From Camelus dromedarius (taxonomy: Eukaryota): DNA of 64,000 nt. Made by a program: the position numbers and the translations under genes. Under the pieces are notes generated by a model. The model saw nothing but the letters and a program-made list of their open reading frames with translations, was not told the origin of the DNA and did not search any database. The stretch covers positions 1,426,001-1,490,000 of the forward strand of contig NC_087437.1 in the NCBI RefSeq assembly GCF_036321535.1, written 5' to 3'. Positions 25,101 to 39,279 of the stretch are shown piece by piece. Every line of letters begins with the position of its first letter. The first letter of the stretch is position 1.

Positions 25101-28100
25101 AGCTAGGTGTAGGACAGCTTTCACAAACACTTATCTCTCAGAACTGAGCATGTGGAGAGACATTCGTTCATCTAGCACAAAGGGAACGGGTTGCAGGAGA
25201 AAATTTTACTGTGGTTTCTCAGTCTGTTTCCTAGTGCTGGTTTGAAGTTCCTGCAGTTTTCACTGTAAAACCGAGTTGGAGCTAGTATCTCCCCATATAT
25301 ATTTATGGAGAGCTGTTTGCATCTGAATGGAAACTTTGTTTTCCCAACATACTAGGTGAAGTTCGGCTTTCACACACATTACTCTCTCAGAAATAAGAAT
25401 GTGGAATAACGTTCGATCACCAAGCACAAATGGATCGGGTTGCAGTAGAAACTTTTACTCTGGTCTCTCAGTCTGTTTCCTAGTGACGATTTGAATTTCC
25501 CACATTTTTCACTGTAAAACCGAGTTGGAGCTTGTACTTCCCATATATATGTATGGAGTGGCGTTGGCAACTGAAAAGAAACTATGTGTTCCCAAATAGC
25601 TAGGTGAAGGTCGGCTTTCACACACAAATATCTCTCAGAAATGAGCATGTGGAGAGACTTTCGTTCATCTAGCACAATGGGAATGTGTTGTAGGAGAAAC
25701 TTTAATTCTGGTTTCTCAGTCTATTTCCTAGTGCCGATTTGAAGTTCCTGCAGTTTTCACTGTAAACCCGACTTGGAGCTAGTACCTCCCCATATATATT
25801 TATGGTGTGGATTTTGCAACTGAAAGGAGACTTTGTGTTCCCAAAAAGTTAGGTGAAGTACGGCTTTCACACACACTTATCTCTCAGAACTGAGCATCTG
25901 AAGAGACGTTCGTTCATCTAGCACAAAGGGAATGCGTTGCAGGAGAAACTTTTACTCTGGTTTCTCAGTCTGTTTCCTAGTGCTGGTTTGAAGTTCCTGC
26001 AGTTTTCACTGTAAAACCGAGTTGGAGCTTGTACTTCCCATATATATGTATGGAGTGGCGTTGGCAACTGAAAAGAAACTATGTGTTCCCAACAAGCTAG
26101 GTGAAGGTCGGCTTTCACACACACTTATCTCTCAGAACTGAGCATGTGAAGAGACGTTCGTTCATCTAGCACAAAGGGAACGGGTTGCAGGAGAAACTTT
26201 TACTCTGGTTTCTCAGTCTGTTTCCAAGTGCCGGTTTGAAGTTCCTGCAATTTTCACTGTAAAAACGAGTTGGAACTTGTACATACCCATATATATATAA
26301 GGAGAGGAGTTTGCATCTTAACGGAGAATTTGTGTTCCCAACAAGCTAGCTGAAGGACGGCTTTCACACACACTTATCCCTCAGAACTTAGCATGTGGAG
26401 AGACGATCGTTCATCTAGCACAAAGGGAACGGTTTGCAGGAGAAACTTTTACTCTGGTTTCTCAGTCTGTTTCCTAGTGCCGGTTTGAGGTTCCTTCATT
26501 TTTCACTGTAAAACAGAGTTGGAGTTATTACCTCCCCATATATGTGTATGGAGTGGAGTTTGCACATGAAAAGAAACTTTGTGTTCCCAACAAGCTAGGT
26601 GAAGGACGGCTTTCACACACATTATCTCTCAGAACTGCGAATATTAAGAGACTTTCGTTCATCTAGCACAAAGGGATCGGGTTTCAGTAGAAACTTTTAC
26701 TCTGGATTCTCAGTCAGTTTCCTAGTGCCAGTGTGAAGTTCCTGCAGTTTTCAGTGTAAAACCGAGTAGGAGCTTGTACCTCCTCATATATATGTATGAA
26801 GAGGAGTTTGCAACTGAAAGGAAACATTGTGTTCCCTACATACTAGGTGAAGGACGGCTTTCACACACATTTATCTCTCAGAATTAAGCATGTGGAGTAA
26901 CGTTTGATCACCAAGCAAAAAGGGATCGGTTTGCAGTAGAAACTTTACTCTGGTTTCTCAGTCTGTTTCCCAGTGATGATTTTAATTTCCTGCTTTTTTC
27001 ACTGTAAAACCGAGTTGGAGCTATTATCACCCCATATATATGTATGGATTGGATTTGGCTCATGAAAAGAAATTTTGTGTTCCCAACAAGCTAATTGAAG
27101 GACAGCTTTCACACACACTTATCTCTCAGAACTGAGCATGTGGAGAGATGTTCGTTCATCTCGCACAAAGGGAACGTGTTGCAAGAGAACCTTTTACTCT
27201 GGTTTCTCAGTCTGTTTCCTAGTGCCGGTTTGAGGTTCCTGCAGTTTTCACAGTAAAACCGATTTGGAGCTAGTAAATCCCCATATATATATATGGATTG
27301 CAGTTTGCAACAGAAATGAATCTTTGTCTTCCCAACATTCTAGGTGAAGGAAGGCTTTCACACACATTTATCTCTCAGAACTGAGCATGTGGAGAGACTT
27401 TCGTTCATCTAGCACAAATGGAAAGTTTTGTAGGAGAAACTTTTACTCTGGTTTCTCAGTCTGTTTCCTAGTGCCGGTTTGAAGTTCCTGCAGTTTTCAC
27501 TGTTAAACCGTGTTGGAGCTAGTACCTTCCCAAATATATTATGGATTGGTGTCTGCAAGTGAAAAGAATCTTTGTGTTCCCAACAAGCTAGGTGAAGGAC
27601 GGCTTTCACACACACTTACCTCTCAGAACTGAGCATGTGGAGAGACGTTCGTTCATCTAGCACAAAGGGAACGGGTTGCGGGAGAAACTTTTACTCTGGT
27701 TTCACAGTCTGTTTACTAGTGCCGGTTTGTCGTTCCTGCAGTTTTCACTGTAAAACCGAGTTTGAGCTATTACCTCCCCATATATATGTATGGTGTGGAG
27801 ATGGCACCTGAAAAGAAACTGTGTTGTCAGCAAGCTATGTGTAGGACTGCATTCACACACACTTATCGCTCAGAACTTAGCATATGGAGAGACGTTCTAT
27901 CATCTTTCAGAAAGGGAACGGGTTGCAAGAGAAAGTTTTACTCTGGTTTCTTACTCTGTTTCCTAGTGCCGATTTGAAGTTCCTGCAGTTTTCACTGTAA
28001 AACCGATTTGGAGATAGTTCCTCCCCATATATATGTATTGAGGGGAGTTTGCAACAGAAAGGAAACTTTATGTTCCCAACAAGCCAGGTGAAGTACGGCT

Positions 28101-31100
28101 TTCACACATATTTTTCACTCAGAAATGAGCATGTGGAGAGACTTTCGTTCATCTAGCACAAAGGGAACGGGTTGCAGTAGAAACTTTTACTCTGGTTTCT
28201 CAGTCATTTTCCTAGTGCCGGTTTGAAGTTCCTGCAGTTTTCACTGTAAAAATGAGTTGGAGATAGTTCCTCCCCATATATATGTATGGAGTGGATTTTG
28301 CAACTGAAAAGAAACTTTGTGTTCACAACAAGCTAGTTGAAGGACGGCTTTCACACACACTTATCTCTCAGAACTGAGCATGTGTAGAGAATTTCGTTCA
28401 TCTAGCACAAAGGGAAAGGTTTGCAGTAGAAACATTTACTCTGGTTTCTCAGTCGGTTTCCTAGTGCTGGTTTGAAGTTCCTGCAGTTTTCACTGTAAAA
28501 CAGATTTGGAGCAAGTACCTCCCCATATATATGTATGGAGAGAAATTTGCAACTGAAAGGAGACTTTGTATTCCCAACAAGCTACGTTAAAGACGGCCAT
28601 CACACACACTTATATCTCAGATCTGTGCATGTGGAGATACGTTCGTTCATCTAGCACAAATGGAACGGTTTGCAGGAGAAATTTTACTTTTGTTTCTCAG
28701 TCTGTTTCCTTGTGCCGGTTTGAAGTTCCTGCAGTTTTCACTGTAAAACCGAGTTGGAGATTTTACCACCCAATATATATGTATGGATAAGAGTTTGCAA
28801 CTGAAAAGAAACTTTGTGTTCCCAACAAGCTAGGTGAAGGACGGCTTTCACACCCACTTATGTCTCAGAACTGAGCATGTGGAGAGACGTTCGTTCATCT
28901 AGCATAAAGGGAACGGGTTGCAGGAGAAAATTTTACTCTGGTTTCTCAGTCTGTTTCCTAGTGCTGGTTTGAATTTCCTGCAGTTTTCACTGTAAAACCG
29001 ATTTGGAGCTAGTACCTCCCCATATATATGTATGGAGAGTTGTTTGCAACTGAAAGGAAACTTTGTTTTCCCAACATACTAGGTGAAGTTCGGCGTTCAA
29101 ACACATTTATCTCTCAGAAATAAGAATGTGGAGTAACGTTCGATCACCAAGCACAAAGGGATCGGGTTGCCGTAGAAACTTTTACTCTGGTTTCTCAGTC
29201 TGTTTCCTAGTGACGATTTCAATTTCCTGCAATTTCCATGTAAAACCGAGTTGGAGCTTGTATCTCCCCATATATATGTATGGAGTGGCGTTGGCAACTG
29301 AAAAGAATCTATGTGTTCCCAACAAGCTAGGTGAAGGACGGCTTTCACACACAAATATCTCTCAGAACTGAGCATGTGGAGAGACTTTCGTTCATCTAGC
29401 ACAATGTGAATGTGTTGTAGGAGAAACTTTTATTCTGGTTTCTCAGTCTATTTCCTAGTGCCGATTTGAAGTTCCTGAAAATTTCAGTGTAAAACCGACT
29501 TGGAGCTAGTACCTCCCCATATATATGTATGGTGTGGATTTTGCAACTGAAAGCAGACTTTGTGTTCCCAACAAGTTAGGTGAAGAACGGCTTTCACACA
29601 CACTTATCTCTCAGAACTGAGCATGTGGAGAGACGTTCGTTCATCTAGCACAAAGGGAACGGGAAGAAGGAGAAACTTTTACTCTGGTTTCTCAGTCTGT
29701 TTCCTAGTGCCGGTTTGAAGATCCTGCAATTTTCACTGTAAAACCGAGTTGGAGCTTGTACATCCCCATATATATGTAAGGAGAGGAGTTTGCATCTTAA
29801 CGGAGACTTTGTTTTCCCAACAAGCTAGCTGAAGTACTGCTTTCACACACACTTATCTCTCAGAAATGAGCTTGTGGAGAGACGTTCGTTCATCTAGCAC
29901 AAAGGGAACGGGTTGCAGGAGAAACTTTTACTCTGGTTTCTCAGTCTGTTTCCTAGTGCCGGTTTGAAGTTCCTGCAGTTTTCATTGTAAAACCGAGTAG
30001 GAGCTTGTACCTCCCCATATATATGTATGGAGAGGAGTTTGCAACTGAAAGGAAACTTTGTGTTCCCAACATACTTGGTGAAGGACTTCTTTCACACACA
30101 TTTATCTCTCAGAAATAAGCATGTGGAGTAACTTTCGATCACCAAGCCAAAGGGATCGAGTTGCAGTAGAAACATTTACTCTGGTTTCTCAGTCTGTTTC
30201 CCAGTGACGATTTGAAGTACCTGCTTTTTTCACTGTAAAACCGAGTTGGAGCTATTATCTCCGCATATATATGTATGGATTGGAGTTGGCACATGAAAAG
30301 AAATTTTGTGTTTCCAACAAGCTAGTTGAAGGTCAGCTTTCACACACAGTTATCTCTCAGAACTGAGCATGTGGAGAGACGTTCGTTCATCTAGCACAAA
30401 GTGAACGGGTTGCAGGAGAAACTTTTACTCTGGATTCTCAGTCTGTTTCCTAGTGCCGGTTTAGAGTTCCTTCAGTTTTCACTGTAAAACCGAGTTGGAG
30501 TTAGTACCTCCCCATATATATGTATGGAGTGGAGTTTGGTAATGAAAAGAAACTTTGTGTTCCCAACAAGCTAGTTGAAGGACTGCTTTCACACACACTT
30601 ATCTCTCAGAACTGAGCATGGGGAGAGACGTTCGTTCATCTAGCAAAAAGGGAACGTGTTGCAGGATAACCTTTTACTCTAGTTTCTCAGTCTGTTTTCT
30701 AGTGCCGGTTTGATGTTCCTGCAGTTCTCACTGTAAAACCGATTTGGAGCTACAACCTCCCCATTTATATATATGGATTAGAGTTTTCAACACAAAGGAA
30801 ACCTTTTGTTCCCCATATACTAGGTGAAGAAAGGCTTTCACACACATTTATCTCTCAGAAATAAGCATGTGGGAGACGTTCGTTCCTCTACCACAAAGGG
30901 ATCGAGTTGCTGTAGAAAATTTTTCTCTGGTTTCTCAGTGTGTTTCCTATTGCCGGGTTCAAGTTCCTGCAGTTTTCACTGTAAATACTAATTGGAGCTA
31001 GTAACTCCCCATATATATGTATGGAGTGGAGTTGGTAACTGAAAACAAACTTTGTGTTCTCAACAAGCTAGTTTAAGGACGGCTTTCACACACACTTATC

Positions 31101-34100
31101 TCTCAGAACTGAGCATGTGGAGAGACGCTCTTTCATCTATCACAATGGGATAGGTTTGCATTAGAAACTTTTACTCTGGTTTCTCTGTCTGTTTCCTAGT
31201 GACGATTTGAAGTTCCTGCTTTTTTCACTGTAAAACCGAGTTGGAGCTTGTACCTCCCCATATATGTGTATGGAGTGGCGTTGGCAACTGAAAAGTAACT
31301 ATGGGTTCCCAACAAGCTAGGTGAAGGACGGCTTTCACACACAATTTTCTCTCAGAACTGAGCATGTGGCGAGACGTTCTTTCATCTAGCACAATGGGAT
31401 TGGGTTGTTTTAGAAACTTTTACTCTGTTTTCTCAGATTCTTTCCTAGTGCCGATTTGAAGTTCATGCAGTTTTCACTGTAAAACCGAGTTGGAGCTAGT
31501 ACCTCCCCATATATATATATGGAGAGCAGATTGCAACTGAAAAGAGACTTTGTGTTCCCAACAAGCAAGGTGAAGTACGGCTTTCACACACACTATCTTT
31601 CAGAACTGAGCATGTGGAGAGAAGTTCGTTCATCTAGCACAAATGGAACGGGTTGCAGGAGAAACATTTACTCTGGTTTCTCAGTCTGTTTCCTAGTGCC
31701 GGTTTGAAGTTCCTGCAGTTTTCATTGTAAAACCGAGTAGGAGCTTGTACCTCCCCATATATATGTATGGAGAGGAGTTTGCAACTGAAAGGAAACTTTG
31801 TGTTCCCAACATACTTGGTGAAGGACTTCTTTCACACACATTTATCTCTCAGAAATAAGCATGTGGAGTAAATTTCGATCACCAAGCACAAAGGGATCGA
31901 GTTGCAGTAGAAACATTTACTCTGGTTTCTCAGTCTGTTTCCCAGTGACGATTTGAAGTACCTGCTTTTTTCACTGTAAAACCGAGTTGGAGCTATTATC
32001 TCCGCATATATATGTATGGATTGGAGTTGGCACATGAAAAGAAATTTTGTGTTTCCAACAAGCTAGTTGAAGGTCAGCTTTCACACACACTTATCTCTCA
32101 GAACTGAGCATGTGGAGAGACGTTCGTTCATCTAGCACAAAGTGAACGGGTTGCAGGAGAAACTTTCACTCTGGTTTCTCAGTCTGTTTCCTAGTGCCGG
32201 TTTGATGTTCCTGCAGTTTACACTATAAAACGGAGTTTGAGTTATTACCTACCCATATAAGTGTATGGAGTGGAGTTTGCACATGAAAAGAAACTTTGTG
32301 TTCCCAACAAGCTAGGTGAAGGACCGCTTTCACACACACTTATCTCTCAGAACTGCGAATGTTTAGAGACTTTCGTCCATCTAGCACAAGTGGAACGGGT
32401 TGCAGGAGAAACTTTTACTCTGGTTTCTCAGTCATTTTCCTAGTGCCGGTTTGAAGTTCCTGCAGTTTTCACTGTAAAACAGATTTGGAGCTAGTACCTC
32501 CCCATATATATGTATGGAGAGAAATTTGCAACTGAAAGGAGACATTGTATTCCCAACACGCTACGTTAAAGACGGCAATCACACACACATATATCTCAGA
32601 ACTGTGCATGTGGAGAGACGTTCGTTCATCTAGCACAAATGGAACGGTTTGCAGGAGAAATTTTACTTTTGTTTCTCAGTCTGTTTCCTAGTGCCGGTTT
32701 GAAGTTCCTGCAGTTTTCACTGTAAAACCGAGTTGGAGATTTTACCACCCTATATATATGTATGGATAGGAGTTTGCAACTGAAAATAAACTTTGTGTTC
32801 CCAACAAGCTAGTTGAATGACGGCTTTCACACACACTTATCTCTCAGAACTGAGCATGTGGAGAGAAGTTCGTTCATCTAGCACAAAGGGAAAGGTTTGC
32901 AGTAGATACTTTTACTCTGGTTTCTCAGTCGGTTTCCTAGTGCTGGTTTGAATTTCCTGCAGTTTTCACTGTACAACAGAGTGGGATCTAGTACATGCCC
33001 ATATATATGTATGGAGAGCAGTTTTCAACTGAAAGAAGACTTTGTGTTCCCAACAAGCAAGGTGAAGTACGGATTTCACACACACTATCCCTCAGAACTG
33101 AGCATGTGGAGAGACGTTCGTTCATCTAGCACAAACGGATCGGTTTCCAGGAGTAACTTTTACTCTGGTTTCTCAGTCTGTTTCCTAGTGCCGGTTAGAA
33201 GTTCCTGCATTTTTCGCAGTAAAAGCGAGTTGGAGCTAGTACCACACCATATATATATATGGAGTGGAATTTGTAAATGGAAATAATCTTTGTGTTCCCA
33301 ACAAGCTAGGTGTAGGACAGCTTTCACAAACACTTATCTCTCAGAACTGAGCATGTGGAGAGACATTCGTTCATCTAGCACAAAGGGAACGGGTTGCAGG
33401 AGAAAATTTTACTGTGGTTTCTCAGTCTGTTTCCTAGTGCTGGTTTGAAGTTCCTGCAGTTTTCACTGTAAAACCGAGTTGGAGCTAGTATCTCCCCATA
33501 TATATTTATGGAGAGCTGTTTGCATCTGAATGGAAACTTTGTTTTCCCAACATACTAGGTGAAGTTCGGCTTTCACACACATTACTCTCTCAGAAATAAG
33601 AATGTGGAATAACGTTCGATCACCAAGCACAAATGGATCGGGTTGCAGTAGAAACTTTTACTCTGGTCTCTCAGTCTGTTTCCTAGTGACGATTTGAATT
33701 TCCCACATTTTTCACTGTAAAACCGAGTTGGAGCTTGTACTTCCCATATATATGTATGGAGTGGCGTTGGCAACTGAAAAGAAACTATGTGTTCCCAAAT
33801 AGCTAGGTGAAGGTCGGCTTTCACACACAAATATCTCTCAGAAATGAGCATGTGGAGAGACTTTCGTTCATCTAGCACAATGGGAATGTGTTGTAGGAGA
33901 AACTTTAATTCTGGTTTCTCAGTCTATTTCCTAGTGCCGATTTGAAGTTCCTGCAGTTTTCACTGTAAACCCGACTTGGAGCTAGTACCTCCCCATATAT
34001 ATTTATGGTGTGGATTTTGCAACTGAAAGGAGACTTTGTGTTCCCAAAAAGTTAGGTGAAGTACGGCTTTCACACACACTTATCTCTCAGAACTGAGCAT

Positions 34101-37100
34101 CTGAAGAGACGTTCGTTCATCTAGCACAAAGGGAATGCGTTGCAGGAGAAACTTTTACTCTGGTTTCTCAGTCTGTTTCCTAGTGCTGGTTTGAAGTTCC
34201 TGCAGTTTTCACTGTAAAACCGAGTTGGAGCTTGTACTTCCCATATATATGTATGGAGTGGCGTTGGCAACTGAAAAGAAACTATGTGTTCCCAACAAGC
34301 TAGGTGAAGGTCGGCTTTCACACACACTTATCTCTCAGAACTGAGCATGTGAAGAGACGTTCGTTCATCTAGCACAAAGGGAACGGGTTGCAGGAGAAAC
34401 TTTTACTCTGGTTTCTCAGTCTGTTTCCAAGTGCCGGTTTGAAGTTCCTGCAATTTTCACTGTAAAAACGAGTTGGAACTTGTACATACCCATATATATA
34501 TAAGGAGAGGAGTTTGCATCTTAACGGAGAATTTGTGTTCCCAACAAGCTAGCTGAAGGACGGCTTTCACACACACTTATCCCTCAGAACTTAGCATGTG
34601 GAGAGACGATCGTTCATCTAGCACAAAGGGAACGGTTTGCAGGAGAAACTTTTACTCTGGTTTCTCAGTCTGTTTCCTAGTGCCGGTTTGAGGTTCCTTC
34701 ATTTTTCACTGTAAAACAGAGTTGGAGTTATTACCTCCCCATATATGTGTATGGAGTGGAGTTTGCACATGAAAAGAAACTTTGTGTTCCCAACAAGCTA
34801 GGTGAAGGACGGCTTTCACACACATTATCTCTCAGAACTGCGAATATTAAGAGACTTTCGTTCATCTAGCACAAAGGGATCGGGTTTCAGTAGAAACTTT
34901 TACTCTGGATTCTCAGTCAGTTTCCTAGTGCCAGTGTGAAGTTCCTGCAGTTTTCAGTGTAAAACCGAGTAGGAGCTTGTACCTCCTCATATATATGTAT
35001 GAAGAGGAGTTTGCAACTGAAAGGAAACATTGTGTTCCCTACATACTAGGTGAAGGACGGCTTTCACACACATTTATCTCTCAGAATTAAGCATGTGGAG
35101 TAACGTTTGATCACCAAGCAAAAAGGGATCGGTTTGCAGTAGAAACTTTACTCTGGTTTCTCAGTCTGTTTCCCAGTGATGATTTTAATTTCCTGCTTTT
35201 TTCACTGTAAAACCGAGTTGGAGCTATTATCACCCCATATATATGTATGGATTGGATTTGGCTCATGAAAAGAAATTTTGTGTTCCCAACAAGCTAATTG
35301 AAGGACAGCTTTCACACACACTTATCTCTCAGAACTGAGCATGTGGAGAGATGTTCGTTCATCTCGCACAAAGGGAACGTGTTGCAAGAGAACCTTTTAC
35401 TCTGGTTTCTCAGTCTGTTTCCTAGTGCCGGTTTGAGGTTCCTGCAGTTTTCACAGTAAAACCGATTTGGAGCTAGTAAATCCCCATATATATATATGGA
35501 TTGCAGTTTGCAACAGAAATGAATCTTTGTCTTCCCAACATTCTAGGTGAAGGAAGGCTTTCACACACATTTATCTCTCAGAACTGAGCATGTGGAGAGA
35601 CTTTCGTTCATCTAGCACAAATGGAAAGTTTTGTAGGAGAAACTTTTACTCTGGTTTCTCAGTCTGTTTCCTAGTGCCGGTTTGAAGTTCCTGCAGTTTT
35701 CACTGTTAAACCGTGTTGGAGCTAGTACCTTCCCAAATATATTATGGATTGGTGTCTGCAAGTGAAAAGAATCTTTGTGTTCCCAACAAGCTAGGTGAAG
35801 GACGGCTTTCACACACACTTACCTCTCAGAACTGAGCATGTGGAGAGACGTTCGTTCATCTAGCACAAAGGGAACGGGTTGCGGGAGAAACTTTTACTCT
35901 GGTTTCACAGTCTGTTTACTAGTGCCGGTTTGTCGTTCCTGCAGTTTTCACTGTAAAACCGAGTTTGAGCTATTACCTCCCCATATATATGTATGGTGTG
36001 GAGATGGCACCTGAAAAGAAACTGTGTTGTCAGCAAGCTATGTGTAGGACTGCATTCACACACACTTATCGCTCAGAACTTAGCATATGGAGAGACGTTC
36101 TATCATCTTTCAGAAAGGGAACGGGTTGCAAGAGAAAGTTTTACTCTGGTTTCTTACTCTGTTTCCTAGTGCCGATTTGAAGTTCCTGCAGTTTTCACTG
36201 TAAAACCGATTTGGAGATAGTTCCTCCCCATATATATGTATTGAGGGGAGTTTGCAACAGAAAGGAAACTTTATGTTCCCAACAAGCCAGGTGAAGTACG
36301 GCTTTCACACATATTTTTCACTCAGAAATGAGCATGTGGAGAGACTTTCGTTCATCTAGCACAAAGGGAACGGGTTGCAGTAGAAACTTTTACTCTGGTT
36401 TCTCAGTCATTTTCCTAGTGCCGGTTTGAAGTTCCTGCAGTTTTCACTGTAAAAATGAGTTGGAGATAGTTCCTCCCCATATATATGTATGGAGTGGATT
36501 TTGCAACTGAAAAGAAACTTTGTGTTCACAACAAGCTAGTTGAAGGACGGCTTTCACACACACTTATCTCTCAGAACTGAGCATGTGTAGAGAATTTCGT
36601 TCATCTAGCACAAAGGGAAAGGTTTGCAGTAGAAACATTTACTCTGGTTTCTCAGTCGGTTTCCTAGTGCTGGTTTGAAGTTCCTGCAGTTTTCACTGTA
36701 AAACAGATTTGGAGCAAGTACCTCCCCATATATATGTATGGAGAGAAATTTGCAACTGAAAGGAGACTTTGTATTCCCAACAAGCTACGTTAAAGACGGC
36801 CATCACACACACTTATATCTCAGATCTGTGCATGTGGAGATACGTTCGTTCATCTAGCACAAATGGAACGGTTTGCAGGAGAAATTTTACTTTTGTTTCT
36901 CAGTCTGTTTCCTTGTGCCGGTTTGAAGTTCCTGCAGTTTTCACTGTAAAACCGAGTTGGAGATTTTACCACCCAATATATATGTATGGATAAGAGTTTG
37001 CAACTGAAAAGAAACTTTGTGTTCCCAACAAGCTAGGTGAAGGACGGCTTTCACACCCACTTATGTCTCAGAACTGAGCATGTGGAGAGACGTTCGTTCA

Positions 37101-38630
37101 TCTAGCATAAAGGGAACGGGTTGCAGGAGAAAATTTTACTCTGGTTTCTCAGTCTGTTTCCTAGTGCTGGTTTGAATTTCCTGCAGTTTTCACTGTAAAA
37201 CCGATTTGGAGCTAGTACCTCCCCATATATATGTATGGAGAGTTGTTTGCAACTGAAAGGAAACTTTGTTTTCCCAACATACTAGGTGAAGTTCGGCGTT
37301 CAAACACATTTATCTCTCAGAAATAAGAATGTGGAGTAACGTTCGATCACCAAGCACAAAGGGATCGGGTTGCCGTAGAAACTTTTACTCTGGTTTCTCA
37401 GTCTGTTTCCTAGTGACGATTTCAATTTCCTGCAATTTTCACTGTAAAACCGAGTTGGAGCTTGTATCTCCCCATATATATGTATGGAGTGGCGTTGGCA
37501 ACTGAAAAGAATCTATGTGTTCCCAACAAGCTAGGTGAAGGACGGCTTTCACACACAAATATCTCTCAGAACTGAGCATGTGGAGAGACTTTCGTTCATC
37601 TAGCACAATGTGAATGTGTTGTAGGAGAAACTTTTATTCTGGTTTCTCAGTCTATTTCCTAGTGCCGATTTGAAGTTCCTGAAAATTTCAGTGTAAAACC
37701 GACTTGGAGCTAGTACCTCCCCATATATATGTATGGTGTGGATTTTGCAACTGAAAGCAGACTTTGTGTTCCCAACAAGTTAGGTGAAGAACGGCTTTCA
37801 CACACACTTATCTCTCAGAACTGAGCATGTGGAGAGACGTTCGTTCATCTAGCACAAAGGGAACGGGAAGAAGGAGAAACTTTTACTCTGGTTTCTCAGT
37901 CTGTTTCCTAGTGCCGGTTTGAAGATCCTGCAATTTTCACTGTAAAACCGAGTTGGAGCTTGTACATCCCCATATATATGTAAGGAGAGGAGTTTGCATC
38001 TTAACGGAGACTTTGTTTTCCCAACAAGCTAGCTGAAGTACTGCTTTCACACACACTTATCTCTCAGAAATGAGCTTGTGGAGAGACGTTCGTTCATCTA
38101 GCACAAAGGGAACGGGTTGCAGGAGAAACTTTTACTCTGGTTTCTCAGTCTGTTTCCTAGTGCCGGTTTGAAGTTCCTGCAGTTTTCATTGTAAAACCGA
38201 GTAGGAGCTTGTACCTCCCCATATATATGTATGGAGAGGAGTTTGCAACTGAAAGGAAACTTTGTGTTCCCAACATACTTGGTGAAGGACTTCTTTCACA
38301 CACATTTATCTCTCAGAAATAAGCATGTGGAGTAACTTTCGATCACCAAGCCAAAGGGATCGAGTTGCAGTAGAAACATTTACTCTGGTTTCTCAGTCTG
38401 TTTCCCAGTGACGATTTGAAGTACCTGCTTTTTTCACTGTAAAACCGAGTTGGAGCTATTATCTCCGCATATATATGTATGGATTGGAGTTGGCACATGA
38501 AAAGAAATTTTGTGTTTCCAACAAGCTAGTTGAAGGTCAGCTTTCACACACAGTTATCACTCAGAACTGAGCATGTGGAGAGACGTTCGTTCATCTAGCA
38601 CAAAGTGAACGGGTTGCAGGAGAAACTTTC
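22155..38630. repeat. 33-monomer HOR, period 8203-8204 bp, 2 near-identical tandem copies
   Basis: Identical ORF-track peptides sit at a constant +8203 offset (23316/31519, 23629/31832, 24745/32948, 25379/33582, 25918/34121, 27409/35612, 27762/35965, 28566/36769). Similarity ends near 30425/38630. Confidence 0.93.
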
Positions 38631-39279
38631 ACTCTGGTTTCTCAGTCTGTTTCCTAGTGCTGGTTTGATGTTCCTGCAGTTTACACTATAAAAAGGAGTT
38701 TCAGTTATTACCTACCCATATAAGTGTATGGAGTGGAGTTTGCACATGAAAAGAATCTTTGTGTTCCCAACAAGCTAGGTGAAGGACCGCTTTCACACAC
38801 ACTTATCTCTCAGAACTGCGAATGTTTAGAGACTTTCGTCCATCTAGCACAAATGGAACGGGTTGCAGGAGAAACTTTTACTCTGGTTTCTCAGTCATTT
38901 TCCTAGTGCCGGTTTGAAGTTCCTACAGATTTCACTGTAAAACAGATTTGGAGCTAGTACCTCCCCATATATATGTATGGAGAGAAATTTGCAACTGAAA
39001 GGAGACATTGTATTCCCAACACGCTACGTTAAAGACGGCAATCACACACACATATATCTCAGAACTGTGCATGTGGAGAGACGTTCGTTCATCTAGCACA
39101 AATGGAACGGTTTGCAGGAGAAATTTTACTTTTGTTTCTCAGTCTGTTTCCTAGTGCCGGTTTGAAGTTCCTGCAGTTTTCACTGTAATACCGAGTTGGA
39201 GTTAGTACCTCCCCATATATATATGTATGGAGTGGAGTTTGGTACTGAAAAGAAACTTTGTTTTCCTAACAAGCTAGGT

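Noticed and set aside
22155..38630. 8.2-kb duplication as a pure assembly artefact
   Set aside because: The copies differ at some sites (e.g. GGAAGGGGTT at ~24190 vs GGAACGGGTT at ~32393, and AATTTCCATG at ~29231 vs AATTTTCACTG at ~37434) and are joined by a distinct hybrid monomer. An artefact is therefore less likely, but only spanning reads can exclude it.
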